A DNA stretch of 50,189 nucleotides from an uncultured Candidatus Saccharibacteria bacterium (lineage in GTDB: Bacteria; Patescibacteriota; Minisyncoccia; Phycocordibacterales; UBA2100): assembly GCA_964419595.1 (NCBI GenBank), contig CAYQQI010000001.1, positions 1 through 50,189 of the forward strand, written 5' to 3'. The position numbers and the translations under genes were made by a program. Of this stretch, positions 8,301 to 17,166 are shown piece by piece. The notes below the pieces were generated by a model. The model had not been told where the DNA came from. It saw only the letters and a program-made list of their open reading frames with translations, and searched no databases. Each line of letters begins with the position of its first letter. The first letter of the stretch is position 1.

Positions 8301-9668
8301 ATGTGGACGAAGATACAGGACGTGTGTGCACGAGTCACCTTGGAAAAAAGATACTGGCGCTCGGACATATTCTGGACGCAGTCACTATTTTTCAACACAG
8401 CAATCAAGTTCATCCCATTCTGGATGGATTGCTGGGCGCTAAAAAAGAGCCAATATTGGCCCTATTCGCAGATCGCTGCTTTGCGTGAGCGAAAACTGAG
8501 AATGCTCTTGCAAGGCGCTTCGACGCTTCCGTTCTGGAAGCAGTATTTCGAAAAGGGCGGGATCGATCCCGGTCGCGCAACAGTTTCGGAACTGGAGCGA
8601 ATACCAGTGACCGACCGGCGGGATTTTTCGGACCTGCAAAGTGCCGAATACATCATCGCATCTCTCCTACCGCGTTCATTTGCAGATCAGACATCGGGCT
8701 CCACAGGCAGCCCCTTTCGCTTCTATCACGACAGAGGAATCGTGTTGCGTTCCTTTGCTGTACGAGAGCGTATGTTCCGAACTGCGGCAAAGGGGATGAG
8801 GTACCAAATAGTATCAATGCGCGCTAAGGAGCGGATCGGAATGGCCTTTTTTAAGCATTACTTCTTTTACATACGAGGCTCAAACAGCATCAGGCATCGT
8901 CTCCCGCATCTCGTTGATGTCGTGAACAAACTGTATCGCGAAGGAATCGTGCTGTACGCAATTGCCTCCTGGGTCATGACGCTTGCCAGAGAAGTTGAGC
9001 GGGCGGGAGTAACGATCCCGTTTCAGGCCGTGATCTCAACGGGAGAATCGATGCTACCAAAGGAGCGCACGTACGTAGAGAAAGCACTGCAGACCAAGCT
9101 TTTTCTCGTGTATGCATCTCAAGAAGGGAATTGCATGGCATTTGAATGCGAGCATCAACGGTTTCATATCAACGAAGAAGAGATCTATTTTCAGATCGTG
9201 GATTCCTCCGGGGCTTCGCTCCCGTACGGAGCCGTAGGAAAAGTGGTTTTTACATTGCTGGACAATCGTGTCATGCCGTTCATTCGATACTCCAACGGAG
9301 ATATCGGCTCTATCTCTGACGAACAATGTCCGTGCGGACGAAGGCTTCGTACAATAACCCTTCTCGGAAGGGAGAAAGACCTTATACAGCTACCGGAAGG
9401 CAGGGAAATTGTGTTGATGGACTTGGCACCGATCTTCGACTACTACTTCGACGCTATACAGCAGTACCAGATAGTTCAGAAAAGTACGAAGCATTTTCTC
9501 ATACGTGTTATCGTGACCGCTCAATTCGAAGCGAAACAGGAACGGCTCACCGCCCGCCTCATGCGTGTCCTACACCCTGCGGTTAGGATCGACTGGGAAG
9601 TAGTAACTCATATACCGCATAGCGAAAGCGGTAAGGCCATATATTTCGTGCGAGAGAGTATCGAGTGA
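8301..9668 (+). CDS. PaaK / coenzyme F390 synthetase-like adenylate-forming enzyme (copy 1)
   Basis: DQTSGSTGSPFRFY is a P-loop-like AMP-binding motif. IRYSNGDIGS..CPCGR and the overall length fit the PaaK family. The start is uncertain (GTG 8283, ATG 8301 or ATG 8424). Confidence 0.7.
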   Translation: MWTKIQDVCARVTLEKRYWRSDIFWTQSLFFNTAIKFIPFWMDCWALKKSQYWPYSQIAALRERKLRMLLQGASTLPFWKQYFEKGGIDPGRATVSELERIPVTDRRDFSDLQSAEYIIASLLPRSFADQTSGSTGSPFRFYHDRGIVLRSFAVRERMFRTAAKGMRYQIVSMRAKERIGMAFFKHYFFYIRGSNSIRHRLPHLVDVVNKLYREGIVLYAIASWVMTLAREVERAGVTIPFQAVISTGESMLPKERTYVEKALQTKLFLVYASQEGNCMAFECEHQRFHINEEEIYFQIVDSSGASLPYGAVGKVVFTLLDNRVMPFIRYSNGDIGSISDEQCPCGRRLRTITLLGREKDLIQLPEGREIVLMDLAPIFDYYFDAIQQYQIVQKSTKHFLIRVIVTAQFEAKQERLTARLMRVLHPAVRIDWEVVTHIPHSESGKAIYFVRESIE

Positions 9669-9671
9669 TGC

Positions 9672-10556
9672 TTAGTATTTTGAATCTACCGAAAGCTGTT
9701 TCTCGAATTCTACGACCGGCAGACGATAGATCTGATCTTTCCCGTATTGCGCTCTCACACCCCCCTTCGCTACCTTGGTAAGTGACAAGATCTTCTCATA
9801 TCCGTGGTACTTGGGTCGCGGTTTTAAAAGCGGGAATTCCCACTGAAAAACGAGTCGTTTCAACGTGTAGACACTGGTTCGCTGCCTGAAGACGTCCGGA
9901 TGCTGCAGCGCGAATTTGTTCGCCGGCAACCGCAGATACGACAGGCAGAGCTCGGGCGTGCTGAACATAAAATACGGAACATGTCCCTGCGTGTTGCGCT
10001 CGATCCAGTCAAACGGGACCTTGTACCCCGCATTAAATTCAAGGAATATATCATCGGGCGCGAGAGTAACTTTTTCGCGGTCGATATCGTAGTATTGTTC
10101 GCCGCCCGCGATGACCGCGATGCCCCCCAAACTCTCAGCGATCTCCATCAATTTGATCTGCAGGTACCGTATCAGGTAAAAGGACACGAATCCTTTTTGG
10201 AGATACGCGGGGATCTCGTTCCGGAAAAAATTCTCCATGTCGACCGAGACGATCTTCTGGTGCACGCCGTGTTTCCTGCACCAGTTTCGCGCGTACGCTA
10301 TGTCGTGCTCGTTGGTACCGCTCGCGTGCCGCAGGGTGAGAACAGAGAAATTAATACCCTGGTCAAAGAATGCATGACACATAACCTCGCTATCAATGCC
10401 ACCCGAGGAACAAAGCCACAGTGGTCTGTCTGCACGGGAGGCGATAGCGAGCGCGGAGGCACGCATCTCCTCTTTCCAGCTTGCGGGCTTTCGCGTGCAC
10501 GGGCGAAATCGGGTGCAGAATGATGAGTCGGTACGCTTGAATTCGATCGCCGGCAT
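9672..10556 (-). CDS. PP-loop ATP pyrophosphatase superfamily protein (adenine-nucleotide alpha-hydrolase fold)
   Basis: LWLCSSGGIDSEV is an SGGxDS PP-loop motif near the N-terminus. ATG 10556 was chosen; GTG 10565 is an alternative. Confidence 0.7.
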   Translation of the reverse strand: MPAIEFKRTDSSFCTRFRPCTRKPASWKEEMRASALAIASRADRPLWLCSSGGIDSEVMCHAFFDQGINFSVLTLRHASGTNEHDIAYARNWCRKHGVHQKIVSVDMENFFRNEIPAYLQKGFVSFYLIRYLQIKLMEIAESLGGIAVIAGGEQYYDIDREKVTLAPDDIFLEFNAGYKVPFDWIERNTQGHVPYFMFSTPELCLSYLRLPANKFALQHPDVFRQRTSVYTLKRLVFQWEFPLLKPRPKYHGYEKILSLTKVAKGGVRAQYGKDQIYRLPVVEFEKQLSVDSKY

Positions 10557-10564
10557 GGCCACCA

Positions 10565-11872
10565 CTATACCGCACCGGATTCATCGAGAACGATCTTGGA
10601 TTTACCCCGAGGCAGTCGGGGGATAGATGCTACGGCTGCGAGAATGACATTAACTTCCGGTCCCATGAGCGCTTGAATCTTTTCGCGTATTTGGCCCTCG
10701 ACGAGCGTATTGAATGCCGGGGTCGGTATGATTCTCACCTCGAGCTCAGTATCCGATCCCTTGACGATCAGATATCGGAAAATGAACGGCGAGAACATTT
10801 GCATAAGTTCACTGAACTCAAATTGGTGGAACCTTCTCGGACCGAATGTGAGCATGGCCGAGTATCGCCCGGTGATCCACACTCGCTGCGACTGAAGCCC
10901 GCATGCACATTTCTCCCACGAAACATGCCCGCGATCCCCGGTATCGTAGCGAACGAACGGCATTTCGTAGTTGTACAGGTCGGTGATCACGATCTTGCCG
11001 CTCATTCCCTCAGGCACAGGATCACCGCTGCTATCGACTATCTCTACAATGCACGACTCTACGTACACGTGGAACCCGTCATGCGCACTACAATCCATAC
11101 CGATCGTACCGAGCTCCTCCAGACCGTAGCGATTGTAGACAGTGCAGTGCAATTGTTCTTCGATCAGTTGACGCGCGGCAGGGTAGAGCCGCTCACTTCC
11201 TGACACGGCGTACTTTGGTCGCGGTCCTGTACCGCTCTTTTGCACTTCGAGCGCGAGCTCTTCAAGGAATGACGCATGGCCCTCGATCACATACGGCCGG
11301 AACGCGATAAGCTCTTCGATGGCCGCTTTCGGGTCCGTGAACAGTTGGTCGGCAAATATAACCAAAGCATTCTCTCTCACGAGCGGCAACACGCGAAGGT
11401 ACGCAACACGTGCCCATGTGGTACTCATATGCCAAAGCCGCTCCTCCATAAGGAATCGGTACTGCATAAAGTCCACGTACAGGGGCATTCCTGTCGTGAT
11501 AAGTCGTCGGAGCGCAGTAAAAGGCATTCCGCTCGTGCCGGAGGTTGTGACCCACTTACCGACCGGCGGGAATGTCGAGATCGTATATTCGGATACCGAT
11601 CGACCCCGGAAGGTATCTTTATTCGTGACCGGGAGTTTTGCGAGGTCGTCGATCGTGACAATACCCGGAGAGCCGACGCCACGTGTTTGTAGGGTATTTC
11701 TGAACAGGATGATGTTCTTCTCCAGTACCGCAACTAATTCCCGCAGTTTTTTCTCCTGCCATCTTACAATGTAGGCACGATCCTTTTTATAAACGTTCCT
11801 AAAACGGTAAAAATTGTAGAAGTAACGTAGCTTTTGTCGAACAGTAAGACGTTTCAGATAGTTCAGAGCCAT
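10565..11872 (-). CDS. PaaK / F390 synthetase-like adenylate-forming enzyme (copy 2)
   Basis: VTTSGTSGMPFTAL, VRYDTGDRG and CACG motifs are present. It aligns by eye with 8301..9668. Confidence 0.75.
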   Translation of the reverse strand: MALNYLKRLTVRQKLRYFYNFYRFRNVYKKDRAYIVRWQEKKLRELVAVLEKNIILFRNTLQTRGVGSPGIVTIDDLAKLPVTNKDTFRGRSVSEYTISTFPPVGKWVTTSGTSGMPFTALRRLITTGMPLYVDFMQYRFLMEERLWHMSTTWARVAYLRVLPLVRENALVIFADQLFTDPKAAIEELIAFRPYVIEGHASFLEELALEVQKSGTGPRPKYAVSGSERLYPAARQLIEEQLHCTVYNRYGLEELGTIGMDCSAHDGFHVYVESCIVEIVDSSGDPVPEGMSGKIVITDLYNYEMPFVRYDTGDRGHVSWEKCACGLQSQRVWITGRYSAMLTFGPRRFHQFEFSELMQMFSPFIFRYLIVKGSDTELEVRIIPTPAFNTLVEGQIREKIQALMGPEVNVILAAVASIPRLPRGKSKIVLDESGAV

Positions 11873-11881
11873 AGCGGATCT

Positions 11882-13516
11882 TTATGCAGGTCGCTTTAAG
11901 CAATAGAGCTCGTTCGCGACCGTACGCGCAAAGATGCAGTGCGACGCTTCGTTGTAGGCAATTTTACTCATGATGCGCTCACTTGCCTGGAAGTATCCCA
12001 CCTGTGTCCCGTGTTCCGCACTCACCTCATACAGACATCCGTCATTCGAACCGATAAAAACGGACGGTCCCACGACGACAGGGGAGCCGAATATGCGCCC
12101 GCGGGTAAGAAACTGCCAGCGAAGCTTTGAGGAGCCGATATCTATTGCGTACAGTGTCTTATCGAGCGAGGCCACGTAGACCGTGTCGTTGTGCACGAGC
12201 GGTATGGAGTAGAGCGCCGCGCCCGTCTCATACGCGTAAATAGGCATGCCGTCGCGTGCACCGAATGCGTAGAGTTTTCCGTCCATCGACGTGAAGAACA
12301 CGATCCTCTGTTTCGCAGCATAGGCCGGCGCAACTTTAAGATCTCCTTGAGTGGCGTTTCGCCAGCGCAATGCACCGGTGATGGCATCGTAGGCATAACT
12401 GATACCGTCGTTACTACCGATCGCGACCATGCTTTCCTCTTTTATATAGAGCGGTGAGCCGTGCGTCATAGCCGCGGTTGTGTGTTGCCAGCGCATGCGG
12501 CCCGACAGCATGTCGAGCGCGACGATGCCGCCTTGCTTACGGAAGAGTCCGAATTCTAATCCGATGAACAGCAATCCGAGTTCGGGTGCCAGTGAAGGAG
12601 ATGAACCGATCCAGTCCGCATCATCGTAGCGCCACTTTTCCTTGCCTGTCCTGGAATCCAGTGCGTAGACGACTCCGTCGTACGCACCGAAATACAACAC
12701 ACCGTTGTGTATCGCAGGCGTTGAAAGAATACCTTTCCCGTCGGAGTGCTTTCCCACGTTGAACTCCCACACGACGTCACCCGTTTTCTGATCGAGTGCT
12801 CGCATGGTGCCGTCGTCACATCCGAGGAACACAAGTGAGTCGTCAATGACAGGTGCGGATTTCTGAACCACAAGGTGATAGCTCGGGTTCGGACCGGTAT
12901 AGCGCCATACGAGTTGAAGTTGAACGTTCGTTTCGATTTTTTTCTCCTGCAGGAGCGGTATACCGAAATCTTCAAGGGTGAATATGTGTCTGATCGAGGC
13001 GCCCCTGGTGCTCAATCGTTGGTAAGACTCAGGCTCACGGAATGCGAGTAGGACGAATACGTCGGTGACCGAACAGCCGGCGTCGGAAAGAATAGTCATC
13101 TGCTTCTCGAGGGTGGATCCGCTGTTGATGAGGTCATCGACGAGGACAATCGGCTCATCGGTAAGAGTACCCTCTATCTGTTTCATCAATCCGTGTCGTT
13201 TACGCGATTTTCGTATGAAAAAACCGTTGATAGGCGTTCCGCGTTCCGCTCCTTTCATCACGATAGCCGCGATGAGCGAGATGCCCGCGGTTTCCATTGC
13301 GCCCACTTGGAACGGGAGTTTGTCCGCGTATTGTTCCCAAAATATCTCTGCGTAACGGTTCAGCCATTTTGCCTGCAGCATGAGGGCGCGGAAATCAAAG
13401 AGCCACTCCTCGCGTTTGCCCGTCACCTCCGAACCTACGATCACGGCACCCTCTGAGCGCTGCACGAATGCGGTTGATTCGATTGCGCGTCGCAGGTCCT
13501 CGTATCCGTTCGTCAT
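11882..13516 (-). CDS. type I phosphoribosyltransferase (OPRT-like) fused to a PQQ-like beta-propeller repeat domain (copy 1)
   Basis: The N-terminus has LFDFRALML, GISLIAAIV, FFIRKSRKRHG and the PRPP loop IVLVDDLINSGSTL. The C-terminal ~350 aa has repeated ...G.VYFG..DG.LYALD..TG...W modules. Confidence 0.75.
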   Translation of the reverse strand: MTNGYEDLRRAIESTAFVQRSEGAVIVGSEVTGKREEWLFDFRALMLQAKWLNRYAEIFWEQYADKLPFQVGAMETAGISLIAAIVMKGAERGTPINGFFIRKSRKRHGLMKQIEGTLTDEPIVLVDDLINSGSTLEKQMTILSDAGCSVTDVFVLLAFREPESYQRLSTRGASIRHIFTLEDFGIPLLQEKKIETNVQLQLVWRYTGPNPSYHLVVQKSAPVIDDSLVFLGCDDGTMRALDQKTGDVVWEFNVGKHSDGKGILSTPAIHNGVLYFGAYDGVVYALDSRTGKEKWRYDDADWIGSSPSLAPELGLLFIGLEFGLFRKQGGIVALDMLSGRMRWQHTTAAMTHGSPLYIKEESMVAIGSNDGISYAYDAITGALRWRNATQGDLKVAPAYAAKQRIVFFTSMDGKLYAFGARDGMPIYAYETGAALYSIPLVHNDTVYVASLDKTLYAIDIGSSKLRWQFLTRGRIFGSPVVVGPSVFIGSNDGCLYEVSAEHGTQVGYFQASERIMSKIAYNEASHCIFARTVANELYCLKRPA

Positions 13517-13581
13517 ATCCGTTCACCGTTTATATCACGAAAGAAAATCGCAAGTAATCGACACCGGGAAAATGGTCCGGC

Positions 13582-14859
13582 TTAATAGCTGTATCTGCCG
13601 CTCTTCCGAATGGCGGGGAGTTCCTGCGTATACTGAGCGAATTTAGAGATGCACAACTCCTTCGCGTCAGCATGCATGCATGCATTCTCTGAGGGGGCGA
13701 CATCAAGTCCGTCGTAAGAAAAGAACGAGTAGAAACAGGAATCCTGAAGCGTTTCGGAGCGTATTGCTGTGCAGTATGTAAGTGCTGTGCCCGGTCGTCC
13801 GTAACTTCTCAGTATCCGAACGTGACCGTGGGCACAACTCTCTCTATCGGTCTCATTCGGTAGCTCTGCGCATATGCTCACAAGTCCTTCGGTTGTGGTG
13901 CCGGTCTGTTCCACGTAAAAAGGGAGGAATCTTCCAATGCCCTCGAAGCAATACGCTCGCTCCGGCATACCGAATGTCTCGCATGCTTGAGTCGCGATGC
14001 GCAATTTCTCCGCACGCTCTGTAATATTCTTTCTTGCGAACAATATCTCTTGGTAGGGGGGGAGGTACTTGAAGCACGGATGCCGGTACCGTTTTTCATC
14101 AGGGGCGATCGTATTACAGGGATACCCGTAATCATCGTCAGGAACGTCTGCCAATGACGGAACGGACTCACTCAATACCAAACTATTTGGCACGCCGCCG
14201 ATGCCTTGCATATAGACGCCGGTCACGCATTGGTCAAGCATTTCACCGGTCGCAATCGACCCGCAGCTTTGCGTGGCCGCTTTAAAGTTGCCGGTCAAAG
14301 AATAGAGAATGTGACCGATACCGTGACAGAGCTCCGTATTGGCAATACCCAGGCAGAATTTCCCCGCGACCGCCTCGATCTGTTCCGTATCCATATGCGC
14401 GATATCGACCTCGTCGACGCGTATACCGAGCCGCTCTACCATGACTTCGCCCAAAGCTCCGTGTAAACAACCGCCAAAGCATTGGTTGCTGCAGCGGGAC
14501 AGTGCGTGCTCGAGGTTCGGATCAACACGATATGTTTCCTGCCCGATAACATGTGCAACGCTGTGACAGTCACCATAGGGCTTCGGCATGGACCTCGAAC
14601 TTACGTCGTTCAACAGTTCGCTCGCGGTGCGATTTTCGAGCGCAGACCGGACGATTTCATGTGTGCAGGCGATGAGTTCTGATGAGCCCTGCGAGTCCTC
14701 TGCACAGCTTTGCAATCCGGTCGTAAAGTTTCGTTCCATGCCTCGAGCACGGTATGAGTCCAGCTCTCCGATACAGAGGATGGCGAACGATACCAGCAGG
14801 CACGCGATGAATATCCGGACCGGGATGCTCCACGCACGAGGATGAAGGGGGAGACTCAT
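13582..14859 (-). CDS. membrane-anchored Cys/His-rich repeat protein (copy 2)
   Basis: The TM anchor is VRIFIACLLVSFAILCIG. Motifs include CHSVAHVIGQ, CFGGCLHGA, CHGIGHILY, QCVTGVYMQ and YCFEGIG. ATG 14859 was chosen; GTG 14865 is an alternative. Confidence 0.75.
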   Translation of the reverse strand: MSLPLHPRAWSIPVRIFIACLLVSFAILCIGELDSYRARGMERNFTTGLQSCAEDSQGSSELIACTHEIVRSALENRTASELLNDVSSRSMPKPYGDCHSVAHVIGQETYRVDPNLEHALSRCSNQCFGGCLHGALGEVMVERLGIRVDEVDIAHMDTEQIEAVAGKFCLGIANTELCHGIGHILYSLTGNFKAATQSCGSIATGEMLDQCVTGVYMQGIGGVPNSLVLSESVPSLADVPDDDYGYPCNTIAPDEKRYRHPCFKYLPPYQEILFARKNITERAEKLRIATQACETFGMPERAYCFEGIGRFLPFYVEQTGTTTEGLVSICAELPNETDRESCAHGHVRILRSYGRPGTALTYCTAIRSETLQDSCFYSFFSYDGLDVAPSENACMHADAKELCISKFAQYTQELPAIRKSGRYSY

Positions 14860-14870
14860 ACACACCGATG

Positions 14871-15617
14871 TTAATCCTCAGCAACGTTCCCGGCATGAAT
14901 CGATGTGTCCTTACAAAGCGTTATCGTGTGAATCGATTGTTCGTTCTCCTCGTCGAGATCAAGGAGTTCCGCAATGACCGCATCGTCGAATCCGGCATAG
15001 GGGCGAACATTCAACCGGAGCGCACTTCCCACCAGCAGCATGTTTTCACTCATGTGTCCGGCCTCAAGCAGCGTATGGATATAGGACAACTCACCGTACT
15101 TTGCAGATGAGCGCTTCCATACGCCGGTGAAAACGATCAGCCCGGACAGTGACAACCACTCCGGGTGTCTGGCGATACTTTTCATGTCGAATTGCGGCGG
15201 GAGGTCCCACAAGCGCTCGAGCGCGTGTTTCGAGGGATTATAGTGGAACACCGCAGGACTTTGCGATTCCACCGCGTTTGATATCAGGTATGACTCAACC
15301 GGATAGAGTGCTCCGCCGGAAGGATAGTTTCTATTCGTCACACCGTCGCGTTTTCGAAGTGCAGAGCCGAAGAGTGTGCCGAGTTCCCGAAGTGAGATAG
15401 CGATGCCGGCATCGCCTTCGTGTCCGGAGATCCGGCTATCCAGTGCCTCCTGAAGTGTTGTTGTGAGTACATCCGGCTGCGGGAGCGAGATGCATTGCAT
15501 ACGAGGATATGCTTTGTGGACCCCTCGCGGGACCTCTTCCGGTCGGTGGGTTGCACCTTTTCTGGTGAGGCGAGTGCGCCGCAACTCCATATGCAAGCGG
15601 GATAAAAAAGAGCTCAT
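14871..15617 (-). CDS. SagB-type dehydrogenase (nitroreductase fold), pair 1
   Basis: YPSGGALYPVESYL, FHYNPSKHALERLW, SAKYGELSY (Lys-Tyr motif) and LLEAGHMSENMLL are present. Its ATG overlaps the YcaO stop (ATGA at 15617..15614). Confidence 0.85.
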   Translation of the reverse strand: MSSFLSRLHMELRRTRLTRKGATHRPEEVPRGVHKAYPRMQCISLPQPDVLTTTLQEALDSRISGHEGDAGIAISLRELGTLFGSALRKRDGVTNRNYPSGGALYPVESYLISNAVESQSPAVFHYNPSKHALERLWDLPPQFDMKSIARHPEWLSLSGLIVFTGVWKRSSAKYGELSYIHTLLEAGHMSENMLLVGSALRLNVRPYAGFDDAVIAELLDLDEENEQSIHTITLCKDTSIHAGNVAED

Positions 15618-17053
15618 GAGAACGGGTGCGGACTCTCCGCGAACGGTTCTTTCCGTGGCGTATAACCCAGCGCTCGCGGCACCTCGTGCCAGCGCTCTCC
15701 GCCGAATTGCCGGCTGGCTTCGTTGAGGTACGTTGGAACCATCTCCGGCACAATGACCATTTCAATATGAAGATCCGTCGGGTTTTTCGCAGAATGGGTC
15801 AGGGGGACCGAAACAACATTGAAATGCTTCGTGCGACACCACTGCACGATGCGTTCAAGATTCTCCTCTATCGTATCGTTTTCCCACTCTTTCGCTTCGA
15901 CCTCTATCTCCGGACCCTGCACCAGAAATTCAAGACGCTTGGCGTTCTCAGGTTCTCCCCAGTAGTACAGACGCTCCCGGTGTCCGATCGTCTCGATTGG
16001 TGTGGTCGTATCCCATGATTTTCCTTCATTCTCCCAGATGTGGTAGCTGCGAAACGCACGTATAGATTCGCACATCGCTTTCTCTATTGCAGTCGGCAGT
16101 GAGCGGTGAGCACGGATACCAAAACTAAACCGCGGACTCTTCCCGCTCATGTCCTCGAGTACGACTGCTACCGCGTGCGTCGGTGCGTCGGTTTGAAGCC
16201 GGATGACATGCGGTTTCAGTCTGTATCGTTCGCACTGTGACACTGCCCGGCCAAGTGACGGGTTCAACCTTCTCAGCGTATCGAGTGCAATGCGGGGAAG
16301 CGTGAGTTGATTCAGCCACATGATCATATAGGCTTCTCGTTCGATCACTTCCAGGATGCCGGCAAGCCGCGCGCCGCACTGCGTTGGCCACGTAGCCAGA
16401 CCGTTTGTATTTTGTTGCCGAATGATCGGTTCATTCGGTGCACACATGTGACGCCGACTGATACCGCTCACAATTTGGGCAGGAACGAATGTGTTTTCGC
16501 TGTGCGTGAGCGAAATGCCTTGGACCCACAGATACGCTGCGTCGGGTCGCAATATTCGTGCAGCGTGCCTCGTTCGCTGCGCTTCCGTGAAACCGGTGAT
16601 ATTTTCCGGGGCGATGGATGGGCCTATGGCCGTAATTTCCCGGTACGTGGCAATTGTCGGGTTTACGAAATAGTCGTTCTGCGTCATCCAAATGTAGCGC
16701 TCGAGTGCCTCCGAAGTAGCGGCATACAACGCGTTCTCGTCACTTTCCCAGGTCGTGCCTCCGGTCTGGTGTGCGGTATGTTCATTGCACAGGGCATACC
16801 AGGCTTTCGTCGGCGGCTCGTCCGGGGCGCGGTATACCCGTCCGAATTCCGAAATTACCCCGTGGTCTTTGAGAAGCTGTGCGCGCTGAAGGGGCTCCAG
16901 TAGGTCGGACCGACCGTAGGGAATGGTGCGGGAGTCCTTTACTACCCGCACGTCCAATCTTTTCTCTATATGGTCCGTAAAAGCCCGCAGGGCTCTTTCT
17001 TTAATATTCGAGCCGTTGAGTAGTTCAGTGAACCGTACGGCATCAAAAATCAT
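15614..17053 (-). CDS. YcaO-family cyclodehydratase-like protein, pair 1
   Basis: Trimmed to MIFDAVRF. SEALERYIW, TNGLATWPT and LEVIEREAYMIMWLN are YcaO hallmarks. The C-terminus is ...ESPHPFS. Confidence 0.85.
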   Translation of the reverse strand: MIFDAVRFTELLNGSNIKERALRAFTDHIEKRLDVRVVKDSRTIPYGRSDLLEPLQRAQLLKDHGVISEFGRVYRAPDEPPTKAWYALCNEHTAHQTGGTTWESDENALYAATSEALERYIWMTQNDYFVNPTIATYREITAIGPSIAPENITGFTEAQRTRHAARILRPDAAYLWVQGISLTHSENTFVPAQIVSGISRRHMCAPNEPIIRQQNTNGLATWPTQCGARLAGILEVIEREAYMIMWLNQLTLPRIALDTLRRLNPSLGRAVSQCERYRLKPHVIRLQTDAPTHAVAVVLEDMSGKSPRFSFGIRAHRSLPTAIEKAMCESIRAFRSYHIWENEGKSWDTTTPIETIGHRERLYYWGEPENAKRLEFLVQGPEIEVEAKEWENDTIEENLERIVQWCRTKHFNVVSVPLTHSAKNPTDLHIEMVIVPEMVPTYLNEASRQFGGERWHEVPRALGYTPRKEPFAESPHPFS

Positions 17054-17166
17054 TGGTGAATCATAGCAAAACACGAGTTCTTTCCACAAGCCGAGGCAAG
17101 TTATCCCACGTGCCGTGGGGCGCACTATATAAATGCGGTGGTATCATTTACCTCATATTTTCCTCT

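Noticed and set aside
16307-16903. 198-aa plus-strand ORF
   Set aside because: It is antisense to YcaO-1. It has no start context and no recognisable motifs.
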